Shown here piece after piece: positions 45,726 to 55,585 of a DNA stretch of 64,000 nucleotides; within the stretch, counting starts at the first letter, position 1, and each line of letters opens with the position of its first letter. A program made the translations under genes and the position numbers. The stretch is from the NCBI GenBank assembly GCA_964585385.1, contig CAZPDP010000002.1:26143-90142 (forward strand), written 5' to 3'. This DNA is from an uncultured Bacteroidales bacterium (GTDB lineage Bacteria; Bacteroidota; Bacteroidia; Bacteroidales; UBA12077). The notes under the pieces are model-generated. The model made no database searches. It saw only the letters and a list, made by a program, of their open reading frames with translations, and was not told the origin of the DNA.

Positions 45726-46076
45726 ATGAATATTGAATTAGTTAAGTCAAAAATTCACAAGGTAACAGTGACTGAAGCAAACCTTCAGTACGTGGGAAGC
45801 ATAACAATTGATGAAGATTTGATGGAGGCCTCAAATATAATTGAAAATGAAAAGGTACAGGTGGTCAATATTAACAATGGCGAAAGGCTGGAAACTTATG
45901 TGATTAAAGGCGAACGCGGGTCCGGTGAAATTTGTATGAACGGGCCGGCCGCCAGAAAAGTAGCCGTGGGTGATGTTGTGATTATAATTTCCTATGCTTC
46001 AATGGACTTCGAGGAAGCCAAAAATTTCAGCCCAAAGATCATATTCCCTGATACATCAACCAATAAATTGGTATAA
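45726..46076 (+). CDS. panD: Aspartate 1-decarboxylase
   Basis: 116 aa; [22 protein letters not shown] with the Gly-Ser self-cleavage site. Confidence 0.95.
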   Translation: MNIELVKSKIHKVTVTEANLQYVGSITIDEDLMEASNIIENEKVQVVNINNGERLETYVIKGERGSGEICMNGPAARKVAVGDVVIIISYASMDFEEAKNFSPKIIFPDTSTNKLV

Positions 46077-46081
46077 GACGA

Positions 46082-47122
46082 TTGAAAAGAATTTTATTCA
46101 AATTGACCAGAGCGTTGATCTTCCTGTCGATCGGGGTGATACTGTTGTTTTTTGCTTTTAAAGATGTGAGTTTGAAGGAACTAAGGGAAAGCCTTCAAAG
46201 GGCTGATTTTATCTGGGTTGGGATAACTGTTTTTGCCGGCTTTTTAGGTTTTATGAGTCGGGCCTACCGCTGGAAACTTTTGATTAAGCCTCTAAATCAT
46301 AACCCGCCATTCTGGAATGTATTTTATGCCATGATGATCGGTTATACAGCCAATTTTGCCATACCCAGAATTGGAGAAATCACACGGTGTATTACCCTTA
46401 GAAGATCAGACAGAATTCCGGTGGATTCATTACTGGGAACAGTACTTATCGAGAGAGCCTGGGATCTGATTGTCCTGCTTTCTGTTTTCCTGGTTATTTT
46501 CTTCTCCAGGATTAATTTTTTTGGAAAGTTTTTTACAGAAAATATATACCGCCCCATTGTGAATCGTTTCAGCAATATTTTTGACTTATCGCTTCTGAAC
46601 TGGGTTCTTTTCCTGGTAATAATTGTTGGGCTGTATTTTTTATTGAAATATCTAAACCGCCGGTTATCCGGTAATTTGATATGGCGTAAATTCAGAAAAC
46701 TTATAAGAGGTGTTATAAGAGGAGTGAAAACTATTGCAAGAATGAGAAACCGTTGGGCTTTCTTACTTCATACACTTTTCATTTGGTTCATGTATTTTAT
46801 TATGAGCTACCTTCTAGTGTTTGCGTTTCCATCTACCTCACATCTTACACCCCTGGCCGGATTGATTTTGCTTATCATCGGAGGCATTGGAATGTCTGCT
46901 CCTGTGCAGGGAGGAATTGGTGTATTTCATGTGATTGTTGCTCTTGGACTTACCGAACTTTATAACATACCCAAAGTAGATGCTGTTGCCTATGCCACTG
47001 TATCACATGAGTCACAGGCTCTACTGGCTATTATGCTAGGAGCTGTATCATTTGTTATGCTTTTTATAAATAAAAGAAAAGCTTTCAAACTTAAAAAGGA
47101 AAAGTCTTATGAATTTCATTGA
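46082..47122 (+). CDS. Lysylphosphatidylglycerol-synthase-TM-region / UPF0104 family membrane protein
   Basis: Polytopic membrane protein with RAYRWKLL and ANFAIPRIGE-type motifs; TTG start. Confidence 0.65.
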   Translation: MKRILFKLTRALIFLSIGVILLFFAFKDVSLKELRESLQRADFIWVGITVFAGFLGFMSRAYRWKLLIKPLNHNPPFWNVFYAMMIGYTANFAIPRIGEITRCITLRRSDRIPVDSLLGTVLIERAWDLIVLLSVFLVIFFSRINFFGKFFTENIYRPIVNRFSNIFDLSLLNWVLFLVIIVGLYFLLKYLNRRLSGNLIWRKFRKLIRGVIRGVKTIARMRNRWAFLLHTLFIWFMYFIMSYLLVFAFPSTSHLTPLAGLILLIIGGIGMSAPVQGGIGVFHVIVALGLTELYNIPKVDAVAYATVSHESQALLAIMLGAVSFVMLFINKRKAFKLKKEKSYEFH

Positions 47123-47600
47123 ATTGTTAAAGTCAAAGATTGTTGATAAGGAACAATTGAAATCTTTGTTGATATACTGGAGATTTAAAAATCAGAAGGT
47201 TGTCTTTACAAACGGTTGCTTTGATATATTGCACAAGGGACATGTTGAATACCTGGCTAAGGCTGCCAGTCTGGGAGATGTGTTAATTGTTGGTTTGAAC
47301 ACGGATAAATCTGTAAAACAGATTAAGGGAGAGGACCGTCCGGTTCAGGATGAAGAGGCCCGGGCAATGGTGCTGGCATCTTTAAGATTGGTTACGAATG
47401 TCGTGCTCTTCGATGATGAAACTCCCTACGAATTGATTAAATATATTAAACCCGATGTACTTGTCAAAGGGGCAGATTATAAAGAGGATGATATTGTGGG
47501 AGCAGATATTGTAAAAGCGAAAGGTGGAGAAATATTTTCTGTAGAATTAACAGAAGGATACTCTACTTCTGATTTGATAAAAAAAATTAAGAATTCTTAA
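47109..47600 (+). CDS. D-glycero-beta-D-manno-heptose 1-phosphate adenylyltransferase (RfaE domain II type)
   Basis: Cytidylyltransferase fold motif FTNGCFDILHKGHVEYL; 163 aa. Confidence 0.8.
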   Translation: MNFIELLKSKIVDKEQLKSLLIYWRFKNQKVVFTNGCFDILHKGHVEYLAKAASLGDVLIVGLNTDKSVKQIKGEDRPVQDEEARAMVLASLRLVTNVVLFDDETPYELIKYIKPDVLVKGADYKEDDIVGADIVKAKGGEIFSVELTEGYSTSDLIKKIKNS

Positions 47601-47608
47601 TCAGCAAC

Positions 47609-48961
47609 ATGGCAAAAAAGGACAAAATTGTATACGTATGCACTAACTGTGGGGCAGAATCACCCAAATGGATAGGGAATTGTCCATATTGCCAGGAGTG
47701 GAATACCTATAAAGAACAAAGAATATCCAAAGGAACTTCTTCAAGAAGTCATTCGGAGGAATCAAATGAGATATTAAAGCTAAAGGATGTATCTCTTGAA
47801 AAGGAAAGCCGTCTGCTCACAAATTATTCTGAGGTAGACCGGGTTCTGGGAGGTGGAATCGTTCACGGATCAATGGTTTTGGTTGGTGGTGAGCCCGGTA
47901 TAGGCAAATCGACTCTTGCTCTTCAGATAGCGATGAAATCTACCCGGATTAATACGCTGTATGTGTCAGGAGAAGAGAGTCTTAAGCAGATTAAGTTGCG
48001 GGCAGGCAGGTTGGGAGAAGAACACGACAATATTTATTTGTTGAATGAAACCAATCTTGAGCTCCTATTTGATCATTGTAAAAATTTCACACCCGATTTG
48101 TTGATTATAGACTCAATCCAAACACTATATTCTAATAACCTGGATTCTTCGCCCGGAAGCATATCTCAGGTCAGGGATTGTGCTACCCAGCTTCTGAAAT
48201 ATGCAAAAAAAAGCGGTGTGCCCGTGTTGGTTATTGGACATATCAATAAGGAAGGAAATATTGCAGGACCTAAAGTGCTGGAACATATTGTGGATGTTGT
48301 TCTTCAGTTTGAGGGTGATCACAATTTTGTTTACCGCGTTTTACGTTCATTAAAAAACCGTTTTGGATCTACTTCCGAAATAGGAATTTTCGAAATGCAC
48401 AACGACGGACTGAACGAAGTACTGAATCCATCTGAGTTGCTGATTAATCAAAAACAGAATGGATTGAGCGGGATATCTATTGCTGCTACATTAGACGGTG
48501 TTCGTCCTTTCATGGTTGAAATTCAGTCATTGGTTAGTCCTTCTGCATATGGGAATCCCCAACGTTCAGCTACAGGTTTTGATATCCGAAGACTTTCCAT
48601 GCTCCTTGCCGTACTCGAGAAACGGTCCCGCTTAAATATATACAACAAAGACGTATTCCTTAATATTGCAGGAGGAATAAAGGTGGTTGATCCCGCAGTG
48701 GATTTAGCCATTGTTACTTCCCTGCTTTCTTCCATACTCGATAAGCCTGTACCCGAAAATGTGTGCTTTTCCGGAGAAATTGGTCTGTCTGGTGAGATTA
48801 GAGCCGTTAACCAAATTGAAAACCGTATTTCCGAGGCAGAAAAAATTGGTTTCAGGAAAATATTGGTTTCTTCATTCAATAAGATAGATTCAAACAATTT
48901 CAAAATCGAAATTGTGAAGCTTTCAAGTGTGGCCGATCTCTTTAAACATTTATTTAAATAG
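47609..48961 (+). CDS. radA: DNA repair protein RadA
   Basis: Zn finger (CTNCGAESPKWIGNCPYC), Walker A (GEPGIGKST), KNRFG motif, Lon-like C-terminal domain. Confidence 0.95.
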   Translation: MAKKDKIVYVCTNCGAESPKWIGNCPYCQEWNTYKEQRISKGTSSRSHSEESNEILKLKDVSLEKESRLLTNYSEVDRVLGGGIVHGSMVLVGGEPGIGKSTLALQIAMKSTRINTLYVSGEESLKQIKLRAGRLGEEHDNIYLLNETNLELLFDHCKNFTPDLLIIDSIQTLYSNNLDSSPGSISQVRDCATQLLKYAKKSGVPVLVIGHINKEGNIAGPKVLEHIVDVVLQFEGDHNFVYRVLRSLKNRFGSTSEIGIFEMHNDGLNEVLNPSELLINQKQNGLSGISIAATLDGVRPFMVEIQSLVSPSAYGNPQRSATGFDIRRLSMLLAVLEKRSRLNIYNKDVFLNIAGGIKVVDPAVDLAIVTSLLSSILDKPVPENVCFSGEIGLSGEIRAVNQIENRISEAEKIGFRKILVSSFNKIDSNNFKIEIVKLSSVADLFKHLFK

Positions 48962-48964
48962 TTT

Positions 48965-50662
48965 ATGTCCGGCAAGTTAATATCCATTGAGAACTTAACT
49001 GTTTCTTTTTATTACAACCAGGAAACTTTCAATGCAATTGATAATGTTTCGTTTGATATATACAAAGGCCAGTCCCTTGGTATAGTCGGGGAGTCCGGAT
49101 CCGGAAAATCTCTTACTGCTCTTTCCATTTTAAATTTACTCCCTGTTTCAGCCTCTGTGAATTCCGGTGAGATATTTTTTTTCGGTGAAGACAGCACCCC
49201 CCTGAATCTTTTAAAAGCCCCTGAAAATACCCTGAAAACACTAAGAGGCAATGCTGTCTCTATGATTTTTCAGGAACCCATGACCTCTTTAAATCCTGTA
49301 TATACTTGTGGGAACCAGGTTGCCGAAAGTATCCTTGCCCATAAAAAAGTAAAGAAACCGGATGTGAAGAATCAGGTGCTGGATTTATTTGCGGATGTCA
49401 AATTGCCTGCTCCTGAAAGGATTTATAGAAGTTACCCTCATGAACTCTCAGGAGGACAGAGACAGCGAGTGATGATAGCAATGGCTTTGTCATGCCGGCC
49501 GAAGCTTTTAATTGCGGATGAACCTACCACGGCCCTGGATGTTACTGTGCAGAAATCTATTTTAAGTTTGCTGAATGAGTTGAAGGAACAATATGGAATG
49601 AGCCTGATGTTTATATCCCACGATTTAAGTGTAGTATCCGAAGTGGCTGATAATATCGCGGTAATGCATCAGGGGCGGATTGTAGAAAGAAATTCCCGGG
49701 AAGAAATACTCCAAAATCCTCAGGAGCCTTATACAAAAGGTCTTATTGCCTGTCGCCCATCCCTGACAAAAAAACCAGACAGGCTTTTGACATTGAAAGA
49801 TTTTACCGAAAAAGGAACTCTTTCAGAATCAAGCTTCCAAAAAACAGATAAAAAAATTGTTGACCAATCAGGTAAAAATTTGATAGAGATAAAGAATCTT
49901 TCGAAGCGATTTGCTCTGAAAAGAAATTTTTTTGGAAAGATAAAGGTTTCAAATCAGGCTTTAAGCGATATAAACCTCCGGGTAACGGAGGGTGAAACCC
50001 TTGGTTTGGTTGGTGAATCGGGTAGTGGAAAATCCACCCTGGGCAGAATCATACTGAATTTGCTGGATTTTGATAATGGAGAAATCCATTACAAGGGCAA
50101 AAATATTCAGGGGTTTAAAAAAGATGAAATCTATAGTTTCCGGCAGAATGCCCAGATTATTTTTCAGGATCCGTATTCTTCTCTGAACCCGAGAATATCA
50201 ATAGGAGAGATGATTTCTGAGCCATTAAAATTTTATAAGTATTATCCGAACAAAAGAGATAGAGAAACAAGGGTTAATGAGTTGCTGGAACAAGTAAGGC
50301 TTGGCAGTGCCTTTTATAATCGGTATCCTCATGAATTGTCAGGAGGCCAGCGTCAAAGGGCCGCTATTGCCAGGGTACTGGCTTTAAATCCCGAGTTTAT
50401 AGTTTGTGACGAAGCTGTGAGTGCTCTTGATGTATCCGTTCAGGCTGAAATTTTAAATCTTCTGCAGGATTTGAAAGCGGAATACAATTTAACTTATATC
50501 TTTATTTCCCATGATTTTTCTGTCATTCGTTTTATGGCAGACCGTGTGGCTGTTATGAATCAAGGAAGGATTGTCGAATTAGATGAAGCTGACAATCTGC
50601 TCAAAAGCCCGCAGAATGATTATACCAAAGAATTGTTAAACTCAATTCCCTCGGGAATTTAA
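48965..50662 (+). CDS. ABC transporter ATP-binding protein with two fused NBDs (Dpp/Opp-type)
   Basis: Two Walker A (GESGSGKS), two signature LSGGQRQR and two Walker B motifs; no permease gene adjacent. Confidence 0.85.
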   Translation: MSGKLISIENLTVSFYYNQETFNAIDNVSFDIYKGQSLGIVGESGSGKSLTALSILNLLPVSASVNSGEIFFFGEDSTPLNLLKAPENTLKTLRGNAVSMIFQEPMTSLNPVYTCGNQVAESILAHKKVKKPDVKNQVLDLFADVKLPAPERIYRSYPHELSGGQRQRVMIAMALSCRPKLLIADEPTTALDVTVQKSILSLLNELKEQYGMSLMFISHDLSVVSEVADNIAVMHQGRIVERNSREEILQNPQEPYTKGLIACRPSLTKKPDRLLTLKDFTEKGTLSESSFQKTDKKIVDQSGKNLIEIKNLSKRFALKRNFFGKIKVSNQALSDINLRVTEGETLGLVGESGSGKSTLGRIILNLLDFDNGEIHYKGKNIQGFKKDEIYSFRQNAQIIFQDPYSSLNPRISIGEMISEPLKFYKYYPNKRDRETRVNELLEQVRLGSAFYNRYPHELSGGQRQRAAIARVLALNPEFIVCDEAVSALDVSVQAEILNLLQDLKAEYNLTYIFISHDFSVIRFMADRVAVMNQGRIVELDEADNLLKSPQNDYTKELLNSIPSGI

Positions 50663-53022
50663 AAGAAGTCATCGTCTTTTTCCCTGTCTCTCAGATTTCT
50701 GTTCTTTTTCCTGTATTCATCACAATCCAGGATGTAATTGAAATTTAAAGGTTTTTCAAATTTGTCTTTCGGAGAAACCAGGTTTTGCAAGCTTTCATCT
50801 TCATACACTTTTTTCATATAAAGAGCCCAGATTGGCAGTGCCATATTAGCACCCTGTCCCAGGGTTATACCTTCAAAGTGGATGCTTCTGTTTTCTCCTC
50901 CAACCCAGGCACCGGAGACGAGGTTTGGAGTAACTCCCATGAACCAACCATCCGATTGATTCTGGGTTGTTCCTGTTTTTCCTGCAATTTCGCTCTCGAA
51001 ATTGTATTTGTATCGCAGACGAATGCCCGTCCCTTCATTAACTACATTTTCCAGCAGGTTTATCATTAGGTAGGCTGTTTGTTCGCTTATGGCTTCCCGC
51101 TTTTTAGGTGTAAAAGTGGAAATTACGTTTCCGTTCTTGTCCTCAATTCTTGTAATAAACCTGGGTTTAATATAGACTCCTTTATTGGCATAAGTACTGT
51201 AAGCTCCCACCATTTCGTATAAAGAGATTTCTGAAGTACCCAGGAAGATGGAAGGTACAGGCTGAATTTCTCTTTCAATGCCCATCTTTCTCATCACATC
51301 TATAACAGATTGAGGATTAAACTGCTTGATAAGCCAGGCTGAAATCCAGTTGACTGAGTTTGTTAGTCCCCATTTCAGACTCACCATTTCACCATCTTTC
51401 TCGGAAGGCCCTGAATTTTTAGGTGTCCAGGTTGAATCGCTAATGTAAAATGTGCTTGGGACATTTGGGACCATCCTGCATGGTGATAAATTTTCCTGCA
51501 TGGCAAGTGTGTAGAGAAAAGGCTTTATAGTCGAGCCTACTTGCCGGGTACTTTGAGTTACATGATCATATTTAAAATACCGGAAATCTGGACCACCAAC
51601 ATAAGCTTTGATATGCCCGTTATGAGGGTTCATAGACATAAAGCCTGCTCTTAAGAATTTTTTGTAATGCAAGATGGAATCCAATGGAGACATTACTGTG
51701 TCTTTCATTCCGTCCCATGAAAACACTTTCATTTCTACAGGCTTATTAAAAACAGATTTTATGGAATCTTCGTTCAGGCCATTTCTTTTTAATATATAAT
51801 AACGATGAGTCCCTTTCATGGAGTGGTCAATGATATTTTCCACCTGCTTTTCTTTTAGTTCTTCTGAGAACGGGGGATTTTCCCTTTCCTCCAGTTCATT
51901 GTTGAAAGCAAGCTGAAGATCTTCGCCAAGATGTTTCCTTACTGCTGATTCTGCATATTTTTGCAGTTTTGAATTGATAGTGGTATATATTTTCAGTCCA
52001 TCTCTATACAGGTCGTACGACTCCCCATTTGGCTTTTTATTTTTGTTACACCAGCCGTATAATGGATTGTTGGCCCATTCTGTTGAGTCTTCCTTGAAAG
52101 ATTTGGAGGTAATATAATTATTCCTGTTGGGTTTGTCTTTCGTTAGAAGGGTTCTGAGGTATTCACGGAAATAAGTTGCCGGTCCCACATTATGATCCTG
52201 TACATTATACTCGATGCCCAAAGGCTTTGCCCTTAAAGTATCATATTGCTGATTATTAATGAAGTTGTACCTGTTCATCTGGTTCAGCACAATGTTTCTT
52301 CTTTCCAGGCATCTTTCCGGGTTTAGAATAGGACTGTACCGGGTAGGAGCTTTTAAGACGCCAACCAGTGTAGCGGCTTCATGTATCTCAAGTGAATCCG
52401 GATATGTATTAAAGAAAGTTTTGGCCGCCGATTTAATACCATACGATTGTCCTCCGAATGGGACAGTATTGAGATACATGACGATAATTTCTTTCTTGGT
52501 ATAATTTTTTTCAAGTTTTACTGCAGTAACCCATTCTTTAAATTTATTGATAGCCAGATTCCCCAGGTAAGCAATTCGTGACTTGTATCGGGTCGTATCT
52601 CTGGGGAAAAGATTTTTGGCAAGTTGCTGAGTTATGGTACTACCACCTCCGGAACTTTGACCAAGAAGTATGGTTTTAAAGATCACCCTGGCCAGACCAC
52701 GGGGGTCGATTCCGGAGTGCTTCTGAAATCTGATGTCTTCGGTTGCAAGCAATGCGTTTACAATGTTGGGAGAGAGCTCTTTAAACTCAACATAGGAGCG
52801 GTTTTGATAATAATACTTGCCCAAAAGTTTATTGTCGTGGGAAAAAACCTGTGAAGCCAGGTTGTTTTCGGGATTCTCCAGATCTTCGAATGTGGGCATA
52901 GGTCCGAAAACTTCGGCTGAAATGAGTGTGAAGATAAGTATTAATAAAAGGAATGGAAAAGCAATAATTGTCCAGAATGTGCGTATGTAAGATTTCTTGG
53001 TAAATTTTAGCTTGGCATTCAT
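50659..53022 (-). CDS. mrcA: Penicillin-binding protein 1A (bifunctional transglycosylase/transpeptidase)
   Basis: GT51 motifs (EDIRFQKHSGID, GGSTITQQL), transpeptidase STIKPF (SxxK), SVN and KTGTT motifs. Confidence 0.9.
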   Translation of the reverse strand: MNAKLKFTKKSYIRTFWTIIAFPFLLLILIFTLISAEVFGPMPTFEDLENPENNLASQVFSHDNKLLGKYYYQNRSYVEFKELSPNIVNALLATEDIRFQKHSGIDPRGLARVIFKTILLGQSSGGGSTITQQLAKNLFPRDTTRYKSRIAYLGNLAINKFKEWVTAVKLEKNYTKKEIIVMYLNTVPFGGQSYGIKSAAKTFFNTYPDSLEIHEAATLVGVLKAPTRYSPILNPERCLERRNIVLNQMNRYNFINNQQYDTLRAKPLGIEYNVQDHNVGPATYFREYLRTLLTKDKPNRNNYITSKSFKEDSTEWANNPLYGWCNKNKKPNGESYDLYRDGLKIYTTINSKLQKYAESAVRKHLGEDLQLAFNNELEERENPPFSEELKEKQVENIIDHSMKGTHRYYILKRNGLNEDSIKSVFNKPVEMKVFSWDGMKDTVMSPLDSILHYKKFLRAGFMSMNPHNGHIKAYVGGPDFRYFKYDHVTQSTRQVGSTIKPFLYTLAMQENLSPCRMVPNVPSTFYISDSTWTPKNSGPSEKDGEMVSLKWGLTNSVNWISAWLIKQFNPQSVIDVMRKMGIEREIQPVPSIFLGTSEISLYEMVGAYSTYANKGVYIKPRFITRIEDKNGNVISTFTPKKREAISEQTAYLMINLLENVVNEGTGIRLRYKYNFESEIAGKTGTTQNQSDGWFMGVTPNLVSGAWVGGENRSIHFEGITLGQGANMALPIWALYMKKVYEDESLQNLVSPKDKFEKPLNFNYILDCDEYRKKNRNLRDREKDDDFF

Positions 53023-53090
53023 AATTTCTTTTCTTTCTTGGAGTTATATTTTTTAATATGAAATATTTGAATTTGGTTCTTTAAATGTAT

Positions 53091-53098
53091 TAACTTTG
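53091..53098 (+). promoter_or_regulatory. -7 promoter box TAACTTTG
   Basis: Exact TAnnTTTG match 36 nt upstream of the ATG at 53135. Confidence 0.5.
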
Positions 53099-53134
53099 CC
53101 TTTTTCGATTTATTATATAAACCCCGTATTTTCT

Positions 53135-55534
53135 ATGGAAGACAATTTAGTTATAGTTGAGTCACCTGCAAAAGCCAAAACTATAAAAAAATTTTTAGGT
53201 AAGAACTATTTAGTGAAATCTAGTTACGGTCATATTAGAGATCTTGAGAAAAAAAATTATGGAATTGATATAGAAAAGAATTATCAACCGAGATACGTGA
53301 TTCCTGATAATAAGAAGGATGTTGTGAGAGAATTAAAAGATTTGGCAGGGAAAGCAAAAACAGTTTGGTTGGCAACAGATGAAGACCGTGAAGGGGAAGC
53401 GATTGCCTGGCATTTATACAAAGAGCTGGGATTAAAACCGGAGAATACCAAAAGGATTGTTTTCCACGAAATTACCAAAGATGCTATTCTGCAAGCCATA
53501 AATAATCCCCGCGATATAGATACCAATCTTGTTAATGCACAACAGGCCCGAAGAATTCTCGACAGGCTTGTCGGGTTTGAGTTATCGCCTGTTCTCTGGA
53601 AAAAAGTAAAACCTTCTCTTTCAGCAGGAAGGGTCCAGTCGGCTGCAGTCAGGCTTATTGTTGAGAGAGAAAGGGAAATAATTCATTTTGAAAGCCAATC
53701 TTCCTTTAAGGTTATCGGTATGTTTAACTCAGGCAAAGAAGAATTCAGAGCTGATTTAAACAAGCGCCTTGATACAGAAAAACAATCTGAAGAATTTCTG
53801 AAAAAGTGTCAGAATGCCACTTTCGAAATATCAGATATTACCCAAAAGCCTTCTAAAAAACATCCTGCTGCTCCTTTTACAACTTCAACTTTACAACAGG
53901 AGGCCAGTAGAAAACTGGGCTTTTCTGTTGCCCGCACCATGAGAATTGCCCAAAAGCTTTATGAAGCGGGAAAAATTACCTATATGAGAACAGATTCTGT
54001 GAATTTGTCTAATGCAGCTATAGCTTCAGCCAGCAATGTGATTGAGGGAAGTTTTGGAAAAAAATACCTTAAAACAAGAAAATACCAAACCAAGTCTAAA
54101 GGGGCACAGGAAGCTCATGAGGCAATTCGCCCAACGTTCCTCCAAAATAGTGAAGTTGGAGGCACCGAAGCTGAAAAAAAACTGTATACCCTGATCTGGA
54201 AAAGAACAATTGCCTCTCAGATGAGTGATGCTGAGCTGGAGAAAACAAATGTGAAGATCGATATTTCCAATGATGACAAGTATTTTAATGCTACAGGCGA
54301 AATATTAAAGTTTGACGGTTTCTTAAAAGTCTATATTGAATCTACAGATGAGGAAGGAGAGAAAGAAGAAGGCGGACTGCTTCCTGAGCTTAAAAAAGGA
54401 CAAATTCTTTCATATAAAGAGATTAAGGCAATCCAGAGATTTACAAACCATCCCCCCAGGTATACGGAAGCAAGTTTAGTAAGAAAGATGGAAGAACTGG
54501 GAATTGGACGACCCTCGACCTATGCTCCTACCATATCCACAGTTCAGGAAAGAGGTTATGTTATCAAGGAAGATCGTCAGGGCACACCCAGAGAATATAA
54601 AGAGATAGTCCTTGCTGACGAGATAGAAAAACAAACTAAGACCGAGATTACCGGAGCCGAAAAAAAGAAACTTTTTCCGAATGATATTGGAATGGTCGTA
54701 AATGACTTTTTGAAAAAGCATTTTCCGGAAATTGTTAATTATAACTTTACAGCTGAAGTTGAGGAGGATTTCGACCAGATAGCGGAGGGCTATATTGAAT
54801 GGTCGAAAATGATTGATGAGTTTTACAAGGCTTTTCATAAAAAAGTAGAGGAAACTCTGGAAGTATCAGGAAAGAGTACTGGAGAAAGAATACTCGGGAA
54901 AGATCCCAAGACAGGAAGACAGGTGTCTGTGAAAATTGGACCATACGGTCCCATGGTACAGCTTGGAACCAAAGAAGAAGAAGAAAAGCCTAAGTTCGCC
55001 AGTCTTCAGAAAGGGCAACATCTCGAGACCATAACCCTGGAAGAAGGTCTTAAGATGTTTGAGCTGCCTCGCTCACTGGGAAAATACGAAGGAGAGGAGG
55101 TGACGGTATCAATCGGAAGATTTGGACCTTATGTAAAGCACAAAGGTAAATTTGCCTCCCTTAAAAAAGGGGTGGATGATCCGTTTAAAATAACTCTTGA
55201 GCGTGCAAAAGAGCTTATTGAAGAAAAAAGAGAAAGAGATAAAAAGAAAATAATTAAAAGCTTTCCGGAGGATGAAAACTTACAGATATTAAGAGGCAGA
55301 TACGGGCCCTATATTAGTTATAAAAAAAGCAACTTTAGAATTCCAAAGGGAACAGAACCCGAAAAACTAACTCTAAAAGAGTGCTATGACATAATCAAGA
55401 AGAAGGAAGAAAAGGATAATAAAGGAAAAACGGAGAATAAAAAAACATCCTCTAAAAAAAGAACAAGCAAAAAAACAACCCAAAAGAAGACTTCTGCAAA
55501 AAATACTAAAGGAGCTAAAAAGAAAAAAAAATAA
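53135..55534 (+). CDS. topA: DNA topoisomerase I
   Basis: TOPRIM (LVIVESPAKAKTI, DEDREGE), active-site Tyr region (ITYMRTDS), Lys-rich C-terminal tail; start moved to the ATG downstream of the -7 box. Confidence 0.95.
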   Translation: MEDNLVIVESPAKAKTIKKFLGKNYLVKSSYGHIRDLEKKNYGIDIEKNYQPRYVIPDNKKDVVRELKDLAGKAKTVWLATDEDREGEAIAWHLYKELGLKPENTKRIVFHEITKDAILQAINNPRDIDTNLVNAQQARRILDRLVGFELSPVLWKKVKPSLSAGRVQSAAVRLIVEREREIIHFESQSSFKVIGMFNSGKEEFRADLNKRLDTEKQSEEFLKKCQNATFEISDITQKPSKKHPAAPFTTSTLQQEASRKLGFSVARTMRIAQKLYEAGKITYMRTDSVNLSNAAIASASNVIEGSFGKKYLKTRKYQTKSKGAQEAHEAIRPTFLQNSEVGGTEAEKKLYTLIWKRTIASQMSDAELEKTNVKIDISNDDKYFNATGEILKFDGFLKVYIESTDEEGEKEEGGLLPELKKGQILSYKEIKAIQRFTNHPPRYTEASLVRKMEELGIGRPSTYAPTISTVQERGYVIKEDRQGTPREYKEIVLADEIEKQTKTEITGAEKKKLFPNDIGMVVNDFLKKHFPEIVNYNFTAEVEEDFDQIAEGYIEWSKMIDEFYKAFHKKVEETLEVSGKSTGERILGKDPKTGRQVSVKIGPYGPMVQLGTKEEEEKPKFASLQKGQHLETITLEEGLKMFELPRSLGKYEGEEVTVSIGRFGPYVKHKGKFASLKKGVDDPFKITLERAKELIEEKRERDKKKIIKSFPEDENLQILRGRYGPYISYKKSNFRIPKGTEPEKLTLKECYDIIKKKEEKDNKGKTENKKTSSKKRTSKKTTQKKTSAKNTKGAKKKKK

Positions 55535-55585
55535 AGTAATTCAGGGAAAAAAATCACGTTCATAACAATATAATTATATGATTTG

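Noticed and set aside
48523-48987. 154-aa minus-strand ORF spanning the radA 3' end and the ABC ATPase start.
   Set aside because: It is antisense to two well-supported genes and has no start context or motif.
48965-50662. Orphan double-NBD ABC ATPase with no permease or binding-protein gene; its stop overlaps the convergent PBP1A gene by 4 nt.
   Set aside because: Stand-alone Dpp/Opp-type fused ATPases are common, and nothing in the sequence points to an unusual role.
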